A stretch of 64,000 nucleotides of DNA, taken from assembly GCF_036321535.1 (NCBI RefSeq), contig NC_087437.1, forward strand, positions 42,782,001-42,846,000, given 5' to 3'. A model generated the notes under the pieces. That model made no database searches, was not told where the DNA came from, and saw only the letters and a list, made by a program, of their open reading frames with translations. The translations under genes and the position numbers were made by a program. This stretch comes from Camelus dromedarius. Its lineage: Eukaryota. Positions 49,799 through 62,310 of the stretch are shown piece after piece; position 1 is the first letter of the stretch, and each line of letters opens with the position of its first letter.

Positions 49799-51377
49799 TG
49801 GAAGGAAAACTATCCCGCTGCAACAAACATGAGGTGTGTTCCTGGCATTTCTTGAAAAATCAGTATCTGTAGTTTCCAGAGAATTCTTGTTACACATACT
49901 TCATAAAATTTGTTCTATAATTCTAGTATATTGTGGATTAAATATATTTCTCTAGTTGAGCTGAGAATGTATCACCTTGGAAGTCACTGTGAGGCTGACA
50001 AAATGCATTCAAATAATCACCTACAAAACGTGTTTTAGAACACAACTTAATGGCAAGTTGGAGATTGGTGTACCTTTTGGTTTCATAATAGAAAGTTTGG
50101 TTTACGGAGTGGTTAAGACTGGGTGGGTGAGTCTTGGATGCCACCCAAGTTGTATTTATTTAGTGACATAATGACACCTATGATAACAAAAGCCGTTTAT
50201 AAGTAGTTTTGTTTACAATTCAGCTCTGTGGCCTAAGTTATGGCATAAGTGAGGAAAACATTCTCTTTTATCAGTCGTAGTATGAATAGGAAAATTTAGA
50301 AACATACCTACATCAAAGCAAAACTCATAATTATAAAGCTAGTTGTCTCTGCAGTATCTTTTTCTACTTTATTTTCAGAATGTTTTTCTTAGGTTCATCA
50401 AAGACAGCTGAAATTATATGCTGTTACTTATGGTATGATACTGACATTAAATCACTCTTTACTTTTTATCTTTATTTTGACAATTAGTTTTAAGTGTTTG
50501 CCACGTGATGACTTTTGCAATTTAAGTGAATAAGTCACATTGAGCTTATTTCATTTGACTCACTTATGATGAAAATGTTAATAGCTTTTTCAGATAGTAG
50601 AAAATAAATAAAATTGTATGTTATTATAAAAGAATTCCTAAGTGAATAGTGAAACAAGAGGACAGTTTTAGAAATCTTTATAATGTGATGTGGTGACTAA
50701 CATACTATTTTTTTTCTTCTTTTTATGTCTGGCTTCAGCCAATATATATCATTTTTATAAGTATTAAATTCACCTTTTTTTTTTTTAAATACATGAAGTT
50801 TAGTTCTGGGTAAATAATATTGTCCTTTCCCTTGATGTATAATTGCATTTCCTTCAATAATGCAACTTGGTAGAATGCATAGTAAAGGGAGTCAAAGAAC
50901 TTTTTGGGTTAATACAAAGATTATTTCTTTCAGATATCCTTGCTTTTACTGTCTGGAAAGTCTCCTCCTTCTCTTTTTCTGTTTTTTTTTTTTTTTAAAT
51001 TTGATAATATATCCCTCCTATTTCATAGGAATGAATATTTCTCCAGTTTTTCAAGGCCAGTCTTACGATATTTACCTTTTCTTTAATTGAGCAAGGATAT
51101 AACTTTTAAATTTCATTAAAATTTAGCCTAACATTTGAGCAAGCAGTTTTACTTACTAGAAAACTCAATTTGGCCAGTTTGGAGTAATATAGTCATTTCT
51201 ACATTAATGCTTATCCATCCCCAGATGACAAGACATAAATCTGACTGAATATTTATATAAAAAGGCTGTTTGTCCTGTGATTAGTTCTCTGTTGACATGA
51301 GCTGGTAATTAATTCATTGTCTGTTCTCTGGTGCTTTCCCTGTCAACTCTGTCCCTGAGCCCCACCTCATCTGCCAC

Positions 51378-51845
51378 CAGAGGTGGGTTAACATGAGGCT
51401 AATAAAATCTCTCACTTCTCAGGCCTGTCTAAGGTTCTGAAGGAGTCCTAGTAATATACTGAATGGTCAAATACTTTTATATGATTTGGAAAAATAAGAT
51501 AGTCTAACTGCAATCACTGAAGACCACTGTTTCTTTCCATTCTGACTTTTCCTCCATCACATCATCCCAGTGTCTGAGTGGCACTGGAGTAGTAGCCAGT
51601 GGCATTTTGGAATCAGTTAAGGAGAAGTTGAATTGGGATGCACTTAGTTTGGGTTTAGCTGAATTTGTTTATGTGCTTGCTGTCATTTGGGGTTATTATT
51701 ATTTCTACCCGTCCTGGTGTAGGAATTGGTTCAGGTCATATTACCACTAAACACTTATCACTGTGGCAATGAATTGCAGAGCCAGACACTGCATCAGGAT
51801 ATGAATGTGCTCTAAAGCACCAGAAATACGTAGGAAATAAAGGAA
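51378..51845 (+). mobile_element. Zaphod/MER115 (hAT-Tip100) left arm
   Basis: CAGAGGTGGGTTAACATGAGGCTAAT start; TTAGTTTGGGTTTAG; CCGTCCTGGTGTAGGAA. Confidence 0.78.
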
Positions 51846-51859
51846 GAAAAAAAAACTTA

Positions 51860-52490
51860 GAATTTGATTATAATGTGTCTTGGTGTGATTTTCTGTATTT
51901 ATCCTTCAATGAACTTCTTGAATATTAATTTGGTGCTTTTCATCAAATGTCGAAATATTTAAGTCACTATTTCTTTAAACATATTTTCTGCCTTATTTTC
52001 TTTATTGCATATTTGTTAGATCATTTGATACTGTCCCATAGACTGAGGCTCCATTTTTTTTAGCCTTTTTTCCCCTTCAATTTCTACTTAAGTTTGAATT
52101 ATTTTATTACCTTATTAACAAGTTAACTGATATTTGCTTCTGCATTGTCTAATATGCTATTTCACCCCTCTAGTAAATTTTTCATTTGAGGTATATTCAG
52201 CCTTAAAAGTTTCATTTGTTTCTCTTTTATAGGTTGTTTCTTTCATAATCATGTCTGCTTTCCTTTTAATCCTTGACCATATTTATAAAAATTTTTTTGA
52301 AGTCATCATCTGCTAGTTCCACCATCTTTGTCATTTCTAGGTCTGTTTCTGTTGATTCATTTTTCTCCTGCTTTTGGATCATACTATCCTGCTTCTTCAC
52401 GTGTCTAGGAAATGTGTGTTGGATCCTGGATATTGTGAATGTTGGATTATTGACTATCTGGGTTTGGGCTTTTAAAATTTTTTTCCTGTA
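51860..52490 (-). mobile_element. L1M ORF1 fragment
   Basis: TTTGATTATAATGTGTCTTGGTGTG...TTCATCAAATG...CCTGCTTCTTCACGTGTCTAG. Confidence 0.8.
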
Positions 52491-52509
52491 AAAAAGTTAA
52501 AAAGATTTC

Positions 52510-52930
52510 AAAAGATTGAAATATTTGTAAGTGAGAGGGTGAACTGAACAGACTTATAAAAAGATTACTCAGGTATGGGTGAGAAATGAGAGGCATGGGG
52601 AGTAGTGATAAGCTACTATGATAGTTCAGTTGAGAGTTCTGACATTTAATAAAGGCAGTGGCAGCAGGGATGGAGAGAAGGGGCAGCACTGGGAGATGCC
52701 TGAGAGAGAGACTCATGTCTCTGTTCTCTTTTCCATGACTTATTCTTGAACCAGTTTGAACTTTTTGCTATTTCCCAGGCATAACCTAAATGTTCTCACC
52801 TCTGTGCTTTGACATTTTTTTCTCTCAGCCTGGAATCTTACTTATCCTTTAAGATTCAGTTCAGATGCCAGATCCTCTTTGAAGTTCTCTCTCCTCTTCC
52901 CACTTTCCTAATTGGTATCCTTCTAATGCC
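52510..52930. mobile_element. Two L2 fragments in opposite orientation (antisense ~52510-52715, sense ~52730-52930)
   Basis: GGCAGTGGCAGCAGGGATGGAGAGAAG followed by CAGCCTGGAATC...AAGATTCAGTTCAGATG. Confidence 0.65.
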
Positions 52931-53254
52931 AAATACATAGTAACCTCTCAGTGTATAGTGTTGATGGTGGAAGGTGACCTTGGATATTAGTCTCTTGCAT
53001 AATTTTCTATGAGCCTGATAACAAGGCTTTTGGGTGTGGGGAAGAGACTGTGACCTTAGGCATAAACTTTTCTTAAGCAAAGAGGGCACTGCCTAGAGGA
53101 AGCCCAGCAGCATCCCCTGATTCTTAGAGTCCAGTTACTTCTGCCCCTGTCCTTGGCCCTGTTCATTGTTTTGGAACCAGAACAAATTCACCTGTGATTA
53201 TGGGTAGAGGACAAATGCTCTTATAGCATTTCGTTTCTGCTACATAGAGATATA

Positions 53255-53470
53255 GAAAGAGAACTTGAACATAGAAAGAACTGGCTTTACATCCTGTTTT
53301 TTTCACTTACTAACTGTTTTACCATGGGAAAAATATTTGCATTTTATGGTCCCAGTTTTGTCATTTGCAAAATAGTGATAGCATATTCCATTTAATTTAT
53401 TTTTTGGCATTATTAATTAGGAATATATATCTTAATATCTAGATTCATACTATGCTTCATAGAAATTCAG
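53255..53470 (+). mobile_element. MIR SINE
   Basis: CCCAGTTTTGTCATTTGCAAAATAG core. Confidence 0.6.
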
Positions 53471-53665
53471 CGAAAGTTAATTTTCTTCTTGTTTTTCCAC
53501 TGTTTACCTTTACCGACACATGATTCAGACCACAACATCATCTTGGTAGACTTCTATTTTGTAGGTTACACTGTGTGTTCACATACAGTGTCCTAATTGA
53601 TCTTCTTACCAATATAATCAGGTTAGCTGAGGAGGTAGAGAGAATATCAATCAAAATGGACACTA

Positions 53666-53666
<1 letters not shown>

Positions 53667-53696
<30 letters not shown>
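53667..53696. repeat. (AC)15 microsatellite
   Basis: Perfect AC run of 30 nt. Confidence 0.97.
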
Positions 53697-53698
<2 letters not shown>

Positions 53699-53809
53699 AA
53701 GTTTAGACATAATGGTGTATGCTTATTGAATATTATCCAATATTTATGGTAAAGAAACTAGGGTCCCCAAAATTCAACTTACTCACCAAAGCTGTATGTT
53801 ACCTCTCTC

Positions 53810-54115
53810 TGACACCCTTTCCTCTCTTTTGCCTGGCTAACTAATTCCTCTTTGTCCTTTAAGACTCAGTCACATGTCAGTTTCCTCCTTTCCTGTCACC
53901 TCCACCCTTGCCAGTCTGGGTTAGGTGTCCCTCTCCTGGGCTCCCATTCTTCCTGTATAGCTCTTTCATAGTCCTGATCACACTGTTATAATTAACTGTC
54001 TATTTGTCTTCACCACACTATATACTCCTTAAGGACAAAGAACATTACTTATTCATGATCTTACTGCACAGTGTTTTTTATGCAATATGTTAAAATCTAT
54101 CTGTTGAATGAAAAA
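53810..54115 (+). mobile_element. L2 3' end
   Basis: GCCTGGCTAAC...CCTTTAAGACTCAG...GGGTTAGGTGTCCCT...CTGTTGAATGAA. Confidence 0.82.
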
Positions 54116-56475
54116 ATAAAAGTGACTGGGAAATTGAGAAGATTTTTTAGGAGCGTATGTGAGAAAATCTAGGGATTACTTAAATTAGACGGAAAGAACC
54201 AGTATCCATTGATTTTTGTTTGTGGGGAAAGGGGAATAAAGGCAAAGACTACTGTTTCATTTTTGATACTAGGGATAATGTCAATTCTTTACAGTACCGC
54301 TAGGCTGTTTTGTTTTGGGGTTTTGTTTGTTTATTTATTTACTTACCTGCTTGTTTACTTTCTGATTGATTGATGGTACCTCGGTGCTGGTATAAGATCC
54401 TTATACACAGAGTACCTCATGCTGCAATAGACATTGTGAGCTTTGGAGAATAATACAAGTCACAAAAGGACAGGGTGAAAGTTATGCTTGAAAAGGGGAA
54501 GAGTTAAACTCATGCTTTTGCCTTGTGATGATGTTTGACAAGAGTGAATCATAGTGACAATAAGATTGACTTATTCTTCCCAATCCAGTGCCAGGAAGGT
54601 AGCATTCCTCCTTTTCCCCAAGAAACTCCGCTTCAGAGTGGATAAGAAGGAAGGTGCTCTTTTGTAAGGATATGGGTGACTTTGATATCTAATCTGAATC
54701 TGAGTAGGAAGAAGGAAGATAGTAGAAGCTTAAATTCAAATCCAAAGAGCCTCCTTTTCTTTCTTTCTTTCTTTTTTCTTTTTCCCTGATTCTCCACAGA
54801 CTCTTCTACAGGGAGAGCTGTCTGCTCCGTGGAGAAATTTCTTACCTAAATAATCCGGAGTCCCTCCTCTTGTGGCTGCGTTACGTTGTTGAGAATCGCT
54901 GTGGACAACATTTACATCCTGCCAGGAGGCTGCCCTCGGCACCCACCCTAGGACAGCTTTGAATTCACCCACACTTTATAATAAATAGAACATTTGCCCA
55001 CAGATTTCACTTTGCTCTAGTGTCTTAATGATCATCCCCTAGTGCCTCTGATAGACTTAAACATAATAGAAACCAATTTTGACTCTAATTCAATGTTCTC
55101 TGTAGGAGAGGATGACTGAAGTTTAATTACAATTCTTTTATACCAAATGTGTGTGCATTCTCCAGCATTTGATGTGATTCCTCCAAAATTTCCATCTCAA
55201 AATCAGCCCATCAGTAGAAAAGTCACATGCAGCCCAGTTAATTATAATGGAATGTGATGGTGTGGGGCTCTATTCCAAACAGAACACCATGGCATTTACA
55301 AAAACAAGCTTCTGAAAAACTAATAAGCCAAGGGCTTTTGTGCTATTTCAAATGTTTTTGTTTTATTTTGTTTTTTCCTCCTTATGTAAATATATTGAAA
55401 AGGGACTAATAAAAATGTTGGTTATACAGTCTTCTTTCATCTATGCAGGCCGTTTCATCGTTCCTAATCTTCCCTCTCTCCTATGTATAGCTCGGGATAA
55501 AACTCATAGTTCCTCTGAGACCCAAAAGTTGAAAACATATTGTAGCACATGGTGGATTTAAAGCATGTCCACTGTTACTTTTGAAGAATAAATTTTCCCC
55601 AATATAATTTACTTTTGGAAGAGCACATATGATGGACTATATATTGAAGGCAATAACCAGGTTTTATGTTTATTTTGTGTCTCCTAAATCACAGACCTGA
55701 ATGAGAGATGCTAGACAGTAAATTATATATTTCATGAATTAAATTGATATTTTTGGATTACTCTGTGTGTTTCATATACACGTATGTGGAATGAGATGGA
55801 CTGGGTTTGTATTCCCCAAACAACACAACACAGAGTATATAACACAGAAGGCAGTGGAGGTACTGATCTGAATGGTCACTATCAAAAACGTCCTTGGCAA
55901 CTTCCAAAAGTGTTACAAGTATAGAAACATCCCTGGTGGAAAACTCGTGAAATGGACAAAATCTTTATTTGCTGGAACTGATCTGGTACAGGGAGGATAC
56001 ATACATTTGAGAATATTGTGACGAGCCCCTTGGAGCTGAAGGTCAGATCCCAAGCAGTGTGCTTGAATGACAATAGATTATCAGTAAACTGCCTCTGAAG
56101 AAGATGGATCTGGTTAACCAAGGAACTTTTATTTTGCTGAATGATAGTAGAAGAATTTTTCATCGAAACTGAATTTTCCAGGAAAATAAAGGGGAGACTA
56201 ACCACTAACAAGGCACTCTTTCTGCTCCATCCTTTTCTGTCACAGTGCTATCTTACTTCCAAGTGAATGCCATGCCAAATGAACACTTAAAGCATCCCAG
56301 TTTGATAGGATACCAGAGTTTTCTTCTGCCTGAGAGGCTCCCATGTGTCAGTGTACCTAGCCAGTGTGTGTGTAAGAGGTTAGCCTGACTAAGAACTTTG
56401 GTTCTAGTTGTAGAAGTAGACACAGAAGCAGATTGTTTCTCCTTTGAATGAGTTTTCTAATAAGGGATCCATAAC

Positions 56476-56628
56476 TTACTATATAGCACAGGGAACTGTA
56501 TTCAATATCTTGTAATAACCTATAATGGAAAAAATATGAAAAAGAATACATATATGTATATATATGTAACTGAATCACTTTGCTGTACACCTGAAACATT
56601 GTAAATCAACTATACTTCAATTTAAAAA
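56476..56628 (+). mobile_element. Short cetartiodactyl-type L1 3' end
   Basis: TACTATATAGCACAGGGAACTGTATTCAATATCTTGTAATAACCTATAATGG...ACTGAATCACTTTGCTGTACACCTGAAAC...CAACTATACTTCAAT. Confidence 0.9.
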
Positions 56629-57944
56629 CCATGTTGGAGAGGTCTGTTCATGGCAGTGTAGATGAGCTGGTCAAATTATATTTTGTAAGTAGGCTCATGA
56701 CCTTGTACTAATAAAGTAAAATCCAAAATGTGCACTAAGGTTGAATTTTTTTCAAGATTTTACTTTGTGAATTTTTATGCATTTATTAACTTCATAAACT
56801 AAAATTATGATAAAAAATCTTAACTGTAGTAAAGGTATAGCAGTGTATTTGTATAGTCCTTTACATTTTGTAGATAATATATATTATATACATATATATG
56901 TACAGTAAGAGTCATTTATTACATAAAATTTAAAATGGTACAAACATGATTTTTAAAAAATGTAATGCATTCTAGCAGAAATACATATCTAATTTTGGCC
57001 CTAGTTATACAAGGTACTGTAATTTTTTTCAGTAAAAGAGCCATAATTAAATTTAATCTTCTAATCACTATATAGGGAAATAATATATTACTCAAATTAA
57101 ATGGAATTAGTTGGTTATATTAATGTTATTATGGTAAATGTAAATAGAAATATGTAGATGCATTCTGTTGTACTTTAAATACTTTTTCAGAATGTTCACA
57201 CTTAGTTTACAGTTTGAACTTTTGCAGTTAATAAAGTAATAAAAATTATATGCAAATTGTTTCACCTTTTCCCCTATTTATAGGGAAGCACAATTGCTTA
57301 AGCAATAACTTTGAGGAAGAATATCAAGAAGCATCTTATGTAATTAGTATTTGGCTTTACAGTTTTCCTTATTTGTCTCCTTTGCCTCATTCCCATGTGA
57401 GATGAAGGAAAGGATTTCCTTTGAAGAGCATGTGGACATGAGAGCCTGGATGGCTTGTGAGACTAAACTGGGTCCCCCAGTGCTTCACCCCTTGACCTGT
57501 CAACTCCATCACTAGAGATTAGTTCCTTTTGGCTTTGAAGATTTAACCAATAAGAGAAAATTATTGAAATGCAAATTTTCCTAGGAGAAGTAACATCTTA
57601 AAATGTAGTCCGCTGATGTTTTCTTAGCAATTAGAAGAAATGAGGCACAGGATTAACTTTATCTGTTTATTGAAATTAGTAAAGGAGTTTATTAGATTAT
57701 GCTGCCATGGACAATGGCATGCCACACAGGTGAGAGGTGCCTGTGTGGGCCAGCATTCACTTTAGAGGTGAAAGGGGAGAACAATAGAAAAAAGAAGTTA
57801 GGGGAGCACCAAAGATAAAATATTATACCTAAACTTTACGTAAAGCCATCCATCTTATTTTAAAAGTTTTAGACTTTCCAAATATGGGGAAATAGCAAAC
57901 TACAAAGGCTAATATATAACTGTGTACATGATGGGACATGGTCC

Positions 57945-58545
57945 AGGTCCCAGACTGCAGCTAGGTGGTATGCACGTCGGATAGATCTGAATAGCACTAG
58001 AATGGCTTTATAATTAAACTGATATTGAAACTACAGCCCACAGAAGGGCCTGAACATAACCTGATTAATTGCCTACCAAAATTAATACATCAGCCTTCCT
58101 TATATTTGTCAAGATTTAAACAACATAGGGTCAAACTAAATGTTCAAAATGTCCAGAATAGTATACAAAGTTACCCAGCCTTTAAAGAATCAGAAATACC
58201 TTGGATTACATGAGGAAAGACAGTTAACAGATATCAACTCTAACATGACACAGATACTGAAATAATTTAAGATGTTAAAGTGCCTATTATCAAAATGCTG
58301 CAGCAAGCAACTGTGAATACTCTTGAAGGAAGTGGAAAGGTGGAAATCTCAAAAAATAAATTGAAGGTATAGGTAACAAAAAAGTCCTATAACTGTTCAA
58401 ACAATTAGATTAATGGTTTAAATCCTTCCAAAAAAGAAGTCTCCAGGCCCAAGTCGTTTCACTAGTAAATTCTGTCTGTGACCTAATTGTGGTGGTGGCT
58501 TCACAAATCCATGCCAGTGTTCAAGTTCACAAATCTACACATGTT
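57945..58545 (+). mobile_element. L1M remnant (5'/ORF1 piece, short ORF2 piece, short 3' UTR piece)
   Basis: ACAGCCCACAGAAGG and CAAAATGTCCAG (5'/ORF1); TCTCCAGGCCCAAGTCGTTTCACTAGTAAATTCT (ORF2); TTGTGGTGGTGGCTTCAC (3' UTR). Confidence 0.65.
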
Positions 58546-59129
58546 TAAAAACTTACAGAAATGAATATAGTAGCTTCTACACATATTAGAAATTTATTTC
58601 TCTAATTTCTTTGCAGGGCATGTAAGCATCTTGTCTTCAGGTTATCCATGGATCCAAATTCTCTCTTCTTGATCTATAGGTCGCTACGACTTTGGAGTGT
58701 GGTCATTTTCTGCTAGTCAGGTTTTGGAGACTGAGGATTTGCTTTAGGACTTATTTAAAAATACAAAAATTTATAAGCTTTTGTAGGACAGACTGTGGTT
58801 TCTATGAAAGCGGAATCCCTTTTCTTCTGGTAAGTTCCGTATGAATACTCAAACCAAAGATTTAATCTAGACACTGAATTTTAAGTCTTCCAATCTTCAT
58901 TCACTTAGTGATCTTGGTGGTCAGCTCAGCTAATCTCCCTTTGACTCTTTCTAATGGTAGTAGTGAAAAACAAAAAAACCAAACCAAACAATAATAACAG
59001 TGACAACAAAACATACTTAAGTAAGAAGACAATACCCTTAATCTGATGTTTGGAACTGAGCTGAGTCAAACTGTTTGGCTAACAATTACAATCATCTCCT
59101 GCTATTTCAGGTTCAAAAGCAGTTGGTTT

Positions 59130-59737
59130 TCCCAACTCAGTGAGGCACCAAGCTATTGTCACCGACTTTCCAGCCTACAATGTCTATCTTCTTGGTGTTT
59201 ATTCCCCAACTAGTTAGCCAATGCTATATATTTCTAGGTTTTATTACAACAGCAACCTGGTTCTAGCCACCGATTTCCGTATTAGTTAGAATACGAGCTA
59301 AGCTGCTAGAAGCGACCAGAAATACACTGGCACAATCAAGGTAAAGGTCACTTCCCTAAGTCCAGAAGACAGCTCTCTGCTCATGAGATCCATCTAGGAA
59401 TTCAGATTTCTTCTTGCTGACTATATCTTTATTCCCTAGTTTGTTGTCTTTGTGTGCATTATTAAAGGTGGATCACCATTACCAAGCCCTTGCACTGCAA
59501 GACAGAGAAAGAGTAGAGGGGAAGCCACTCCCTTTTAAAGGATAACACCTAAAAGTGGCAAAAATAAACTCTCACTTCCCATTCCTTGGTCAAAACATAA
59601 CATATTTACACCTAACTCTAAGGAAGCTGGTGCACATATTCTCTAGTTAGGTGTTTGCATGTCAGCTATATATGGAGCTTCTAGTGCTGAAGAGAAGAGG
59701 AGACAGTTTATATTAGGAGACAGAAGCCTCTGCCAAA
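59130..59737 (-). mobile_element. MLT1 (J/K-type) LTR 59278-59737 plus start of MaLR internal region
   Basis: Junction CAGCAACCTGGTTCTAGCCACCGATTTC|CGTATTAGTT resembles the antisense MaLR int/LTR boundary; LTR ends CTCTGCCAAA. Confidence 0.7.
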
Positions 59738-60899
59738 GTCCTTTTCTGATTCTTGCATTTCTCTTTACTTGATTGCACTAGGAAGGAAACTGTAAAATCT
59801 CAGAAAAGAGTGGCTGCATCTAAGATAGGTTGCCAGGACCAAGGGTTCGCAGAGATTCCGGTACCCCGAGCATGGCAAGGGAGCAGCAGAGCCAGAGGAC
59901 ATCAATGCACTGGTCTGGCTTGGACTTTGCGCATTTAACAGCAGACTGTATAGAGTGAATTATGGAGGGCTCTGAGTATAAGACCCTGAAACCCTAGCAT
60001 GACTAAGATGGGAGTAAATGCGTCAAATGACTGATACTGAAACCCAGCTTGGGTGATGTAATCAAGTCAGGTTGATATAAAGTGAAGGAACAATTACAGG
60101 TTTTCTTTCAACTCAGACTTCTTGCATTTCGGTTGCAAATGAATACTCTACAAGGGTCAAGGTTTTTTCTGGGAGGTTGATTATATTGTGCAAATGCTTA
60201 CATTTGAACACAATGTTCTTGTCAAACGTGCTGTATCCTCTGTGGGTAAATGTGGCTGAAAAGTTGACTTTTGGGCTAACTTTTCTTTGAGTGCTAAAAG
60301 AAAAATAATTATGTAAAAGAAAGAAAGAAAGAAAGAAATAGCTTCCTTTCAACTGCTAAAATTTTTGCCCTTAGAGAAATGCTAAAAGTTCTGCTCAGTC
60401 ATCAGCTATCCCTATACTGAATGTTAGATACATGAGTTATAATTCTCTTATTCTATGTCCTGCTTAATTTATTTTACCAAGATTTTCTCTCCATCTCCCT
60501 CTCTATATATATCTCTTTTTTAAAAATTTCCTCTTGTATTCACTGTAAAAGATTTTGTAGTCCTAAGGCTCATAAGCTCAGTGGGTTTAGGATGAACCCT
60601 GCTTTCTTGGATCATGACGTCCTTCTCAGCCTATCTTAGCCCTGCTCCTGAACCTCTTACTTTTAAGCTTTGATGACTGATAATGTTGCATATGTTCAAA
60701 ATGTGTTCAGCTCTGGGGAGCTAGGCCTAAGAGGGAGATTCATTTTATAGAAAAATGATGCTGATAGTATACCGCCTTGAATACAGTAGACCCTTGTAAA
60801 CATTTGCTGACTGCATAATGGTAGCTACATATGTATATATGAGATTGATTGACAGTTATTTTATATTTCTGGCTTTAATAGTAAGTGCTAACTGAAGGC

Positions 60900-61085
60900 T
60901 TACTGGTACAGGCCCAATTCTATTAATAAGTATTTTGCATTCTTTCATTTATTTAACCTTCAAAACAATCAAATGTAATTGGTCTTATCATTTTCCCCAC
61001 ATTCCTGATGAAGCAGAGAGAGATTAAATAATTAACCTCAGGTCACAAGTGGCAGAGCTGGGATTCAATCTAGGCAGTCTGGCTT
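60900..61085 (-). mobile_element. MIR SINE
   Basis: AGGTCACAAGTGGCAGAGCTGGGATTCAATCTAGGCAGTCTGGCTTCAGA. Confidence 0.88.
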
Positions 61086-61861
61086 CAGACCTTGTATATT
61101 TAACCATGAACACATCCATGAAACTCTAGAAACATAAAATCTATACTCTTTTAAGAAAGAAAGAAAGAATTCTACCATATGATATTGTCCAGTGCATTCT
61201 CCCATGTCAGTCAAATATTTCAAGATACATTCTATAGGGTGGCATTTGTTAAATAACCACTCTTGCTATAGACTGTTAAGTGTATGTGTTTGTAATGAGG
61301 AACATTTGAGGAACTGACTTCTGTGGGGAATCTTTAATCCTTTTGGAAAATCTGTTGTTAAGAGGCCTCTATTTAGTGATTGATTTTGTAATTTGCATGA
61401 AGCAGATTTACAAAACAAATCGGTTTAATTTTTTCAGGTGTGAAAACTCTCTGGGAATTGGTAGCTTTTCCTTGATGGAGCAAATATCTTGATCACAGAG
61501 ACTAACATCTCAAATAACGTCTCTGCTTTCACAATCAGGGGACTTTATTTTGTAAAGCCAATAAGATGTAATTACATCAGAAGTATTACTGAAAAACAGC
61601 AACAACAAAATTAATTTATGTTGCAGAGGGCTATGGAGAATTTCACACTCATGTGTATTAACACACAGAACTTTAAACAGAAATATGAAACAATTCTAAA
61701 AGTTGAATACCACCAAAACCTTACAGTATGATGATGAGCAATAGTTTCAGCACATATTTTAACAAAACCACAAAGAAAACAATTCACTTTTGACTTTATC
61801 ATGAATCATTGCAGCTTATCTCCAGATACTGTAGGGGACCTTATGGGATGCATTTAAATTA

Positions 61862-62310
61862 TACATTAGTTTCCTCTTGCTGTTGTAACAGATTATCACA
61901 AACTTAGTGGCAACAACAAAATTTGTTGTATAGTTCTGAAAGTCAGAAGTCTCACTTGGACTATAGTCAAGGTATCAGCAGGGCTCATTCCTACGGGAGT
62001 TTCTATGGGAATCCATTTCTTCCTTCTTCCAGCTCTTAGAAGCTGCTGGTGTTCTCTGACTTATGGCCCCATCACTCCAACCTCTGCTTTAATCACCTTG
62101 CCTTCTTTTACTTTGAGCCTCTCACCCGCCTCTATAAGGACGCTTGTGATTATACTGGGAACACTAGGATAATCCAGATAACCTCTTCATCTCAAGATCT
62201 TTAGTTAATCACATCTGCAATATTTGTTCTACTATATAAAGTAACATATTCACAGGTTCAGGGGATTAGAATGTTGACATCTTTGCCAGGCCTTTATTTA
62301 GCATAACACA
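61862..62310 (-). mobile_element. MLT1C-like solo LTR
   Basis: ATTAGTTTCCTCTTGCTGTTGTAACAGATTATCACAAACTTAGTGGC...GGATAATCCAG...TAATCACATCTGCAA...GGGATTAGAATG. Confidence 0.9.

Noticed and set aside
51375..51388. CTCF-like CCACCAGAGGTGGG
   Set aside because: Lacks the core GGC and is created by the junction with the Zaphod/MER115 terminus.
54367..54376. PBX-HOX site TGATTGATGG
   Set aside because: Sits at the end of a decayed TTTG/TTTA/TTGA simple-repeat tract that explains it.
55872..56210. Coding-looking purine-rich stretch (MVTIKNVLGNFQKCYKYRNIPGG...)
   Set aside because: Only about 49 codons, several stops downstream, no recognisable homology, poly(A) tail or TSD for a retrocopy.
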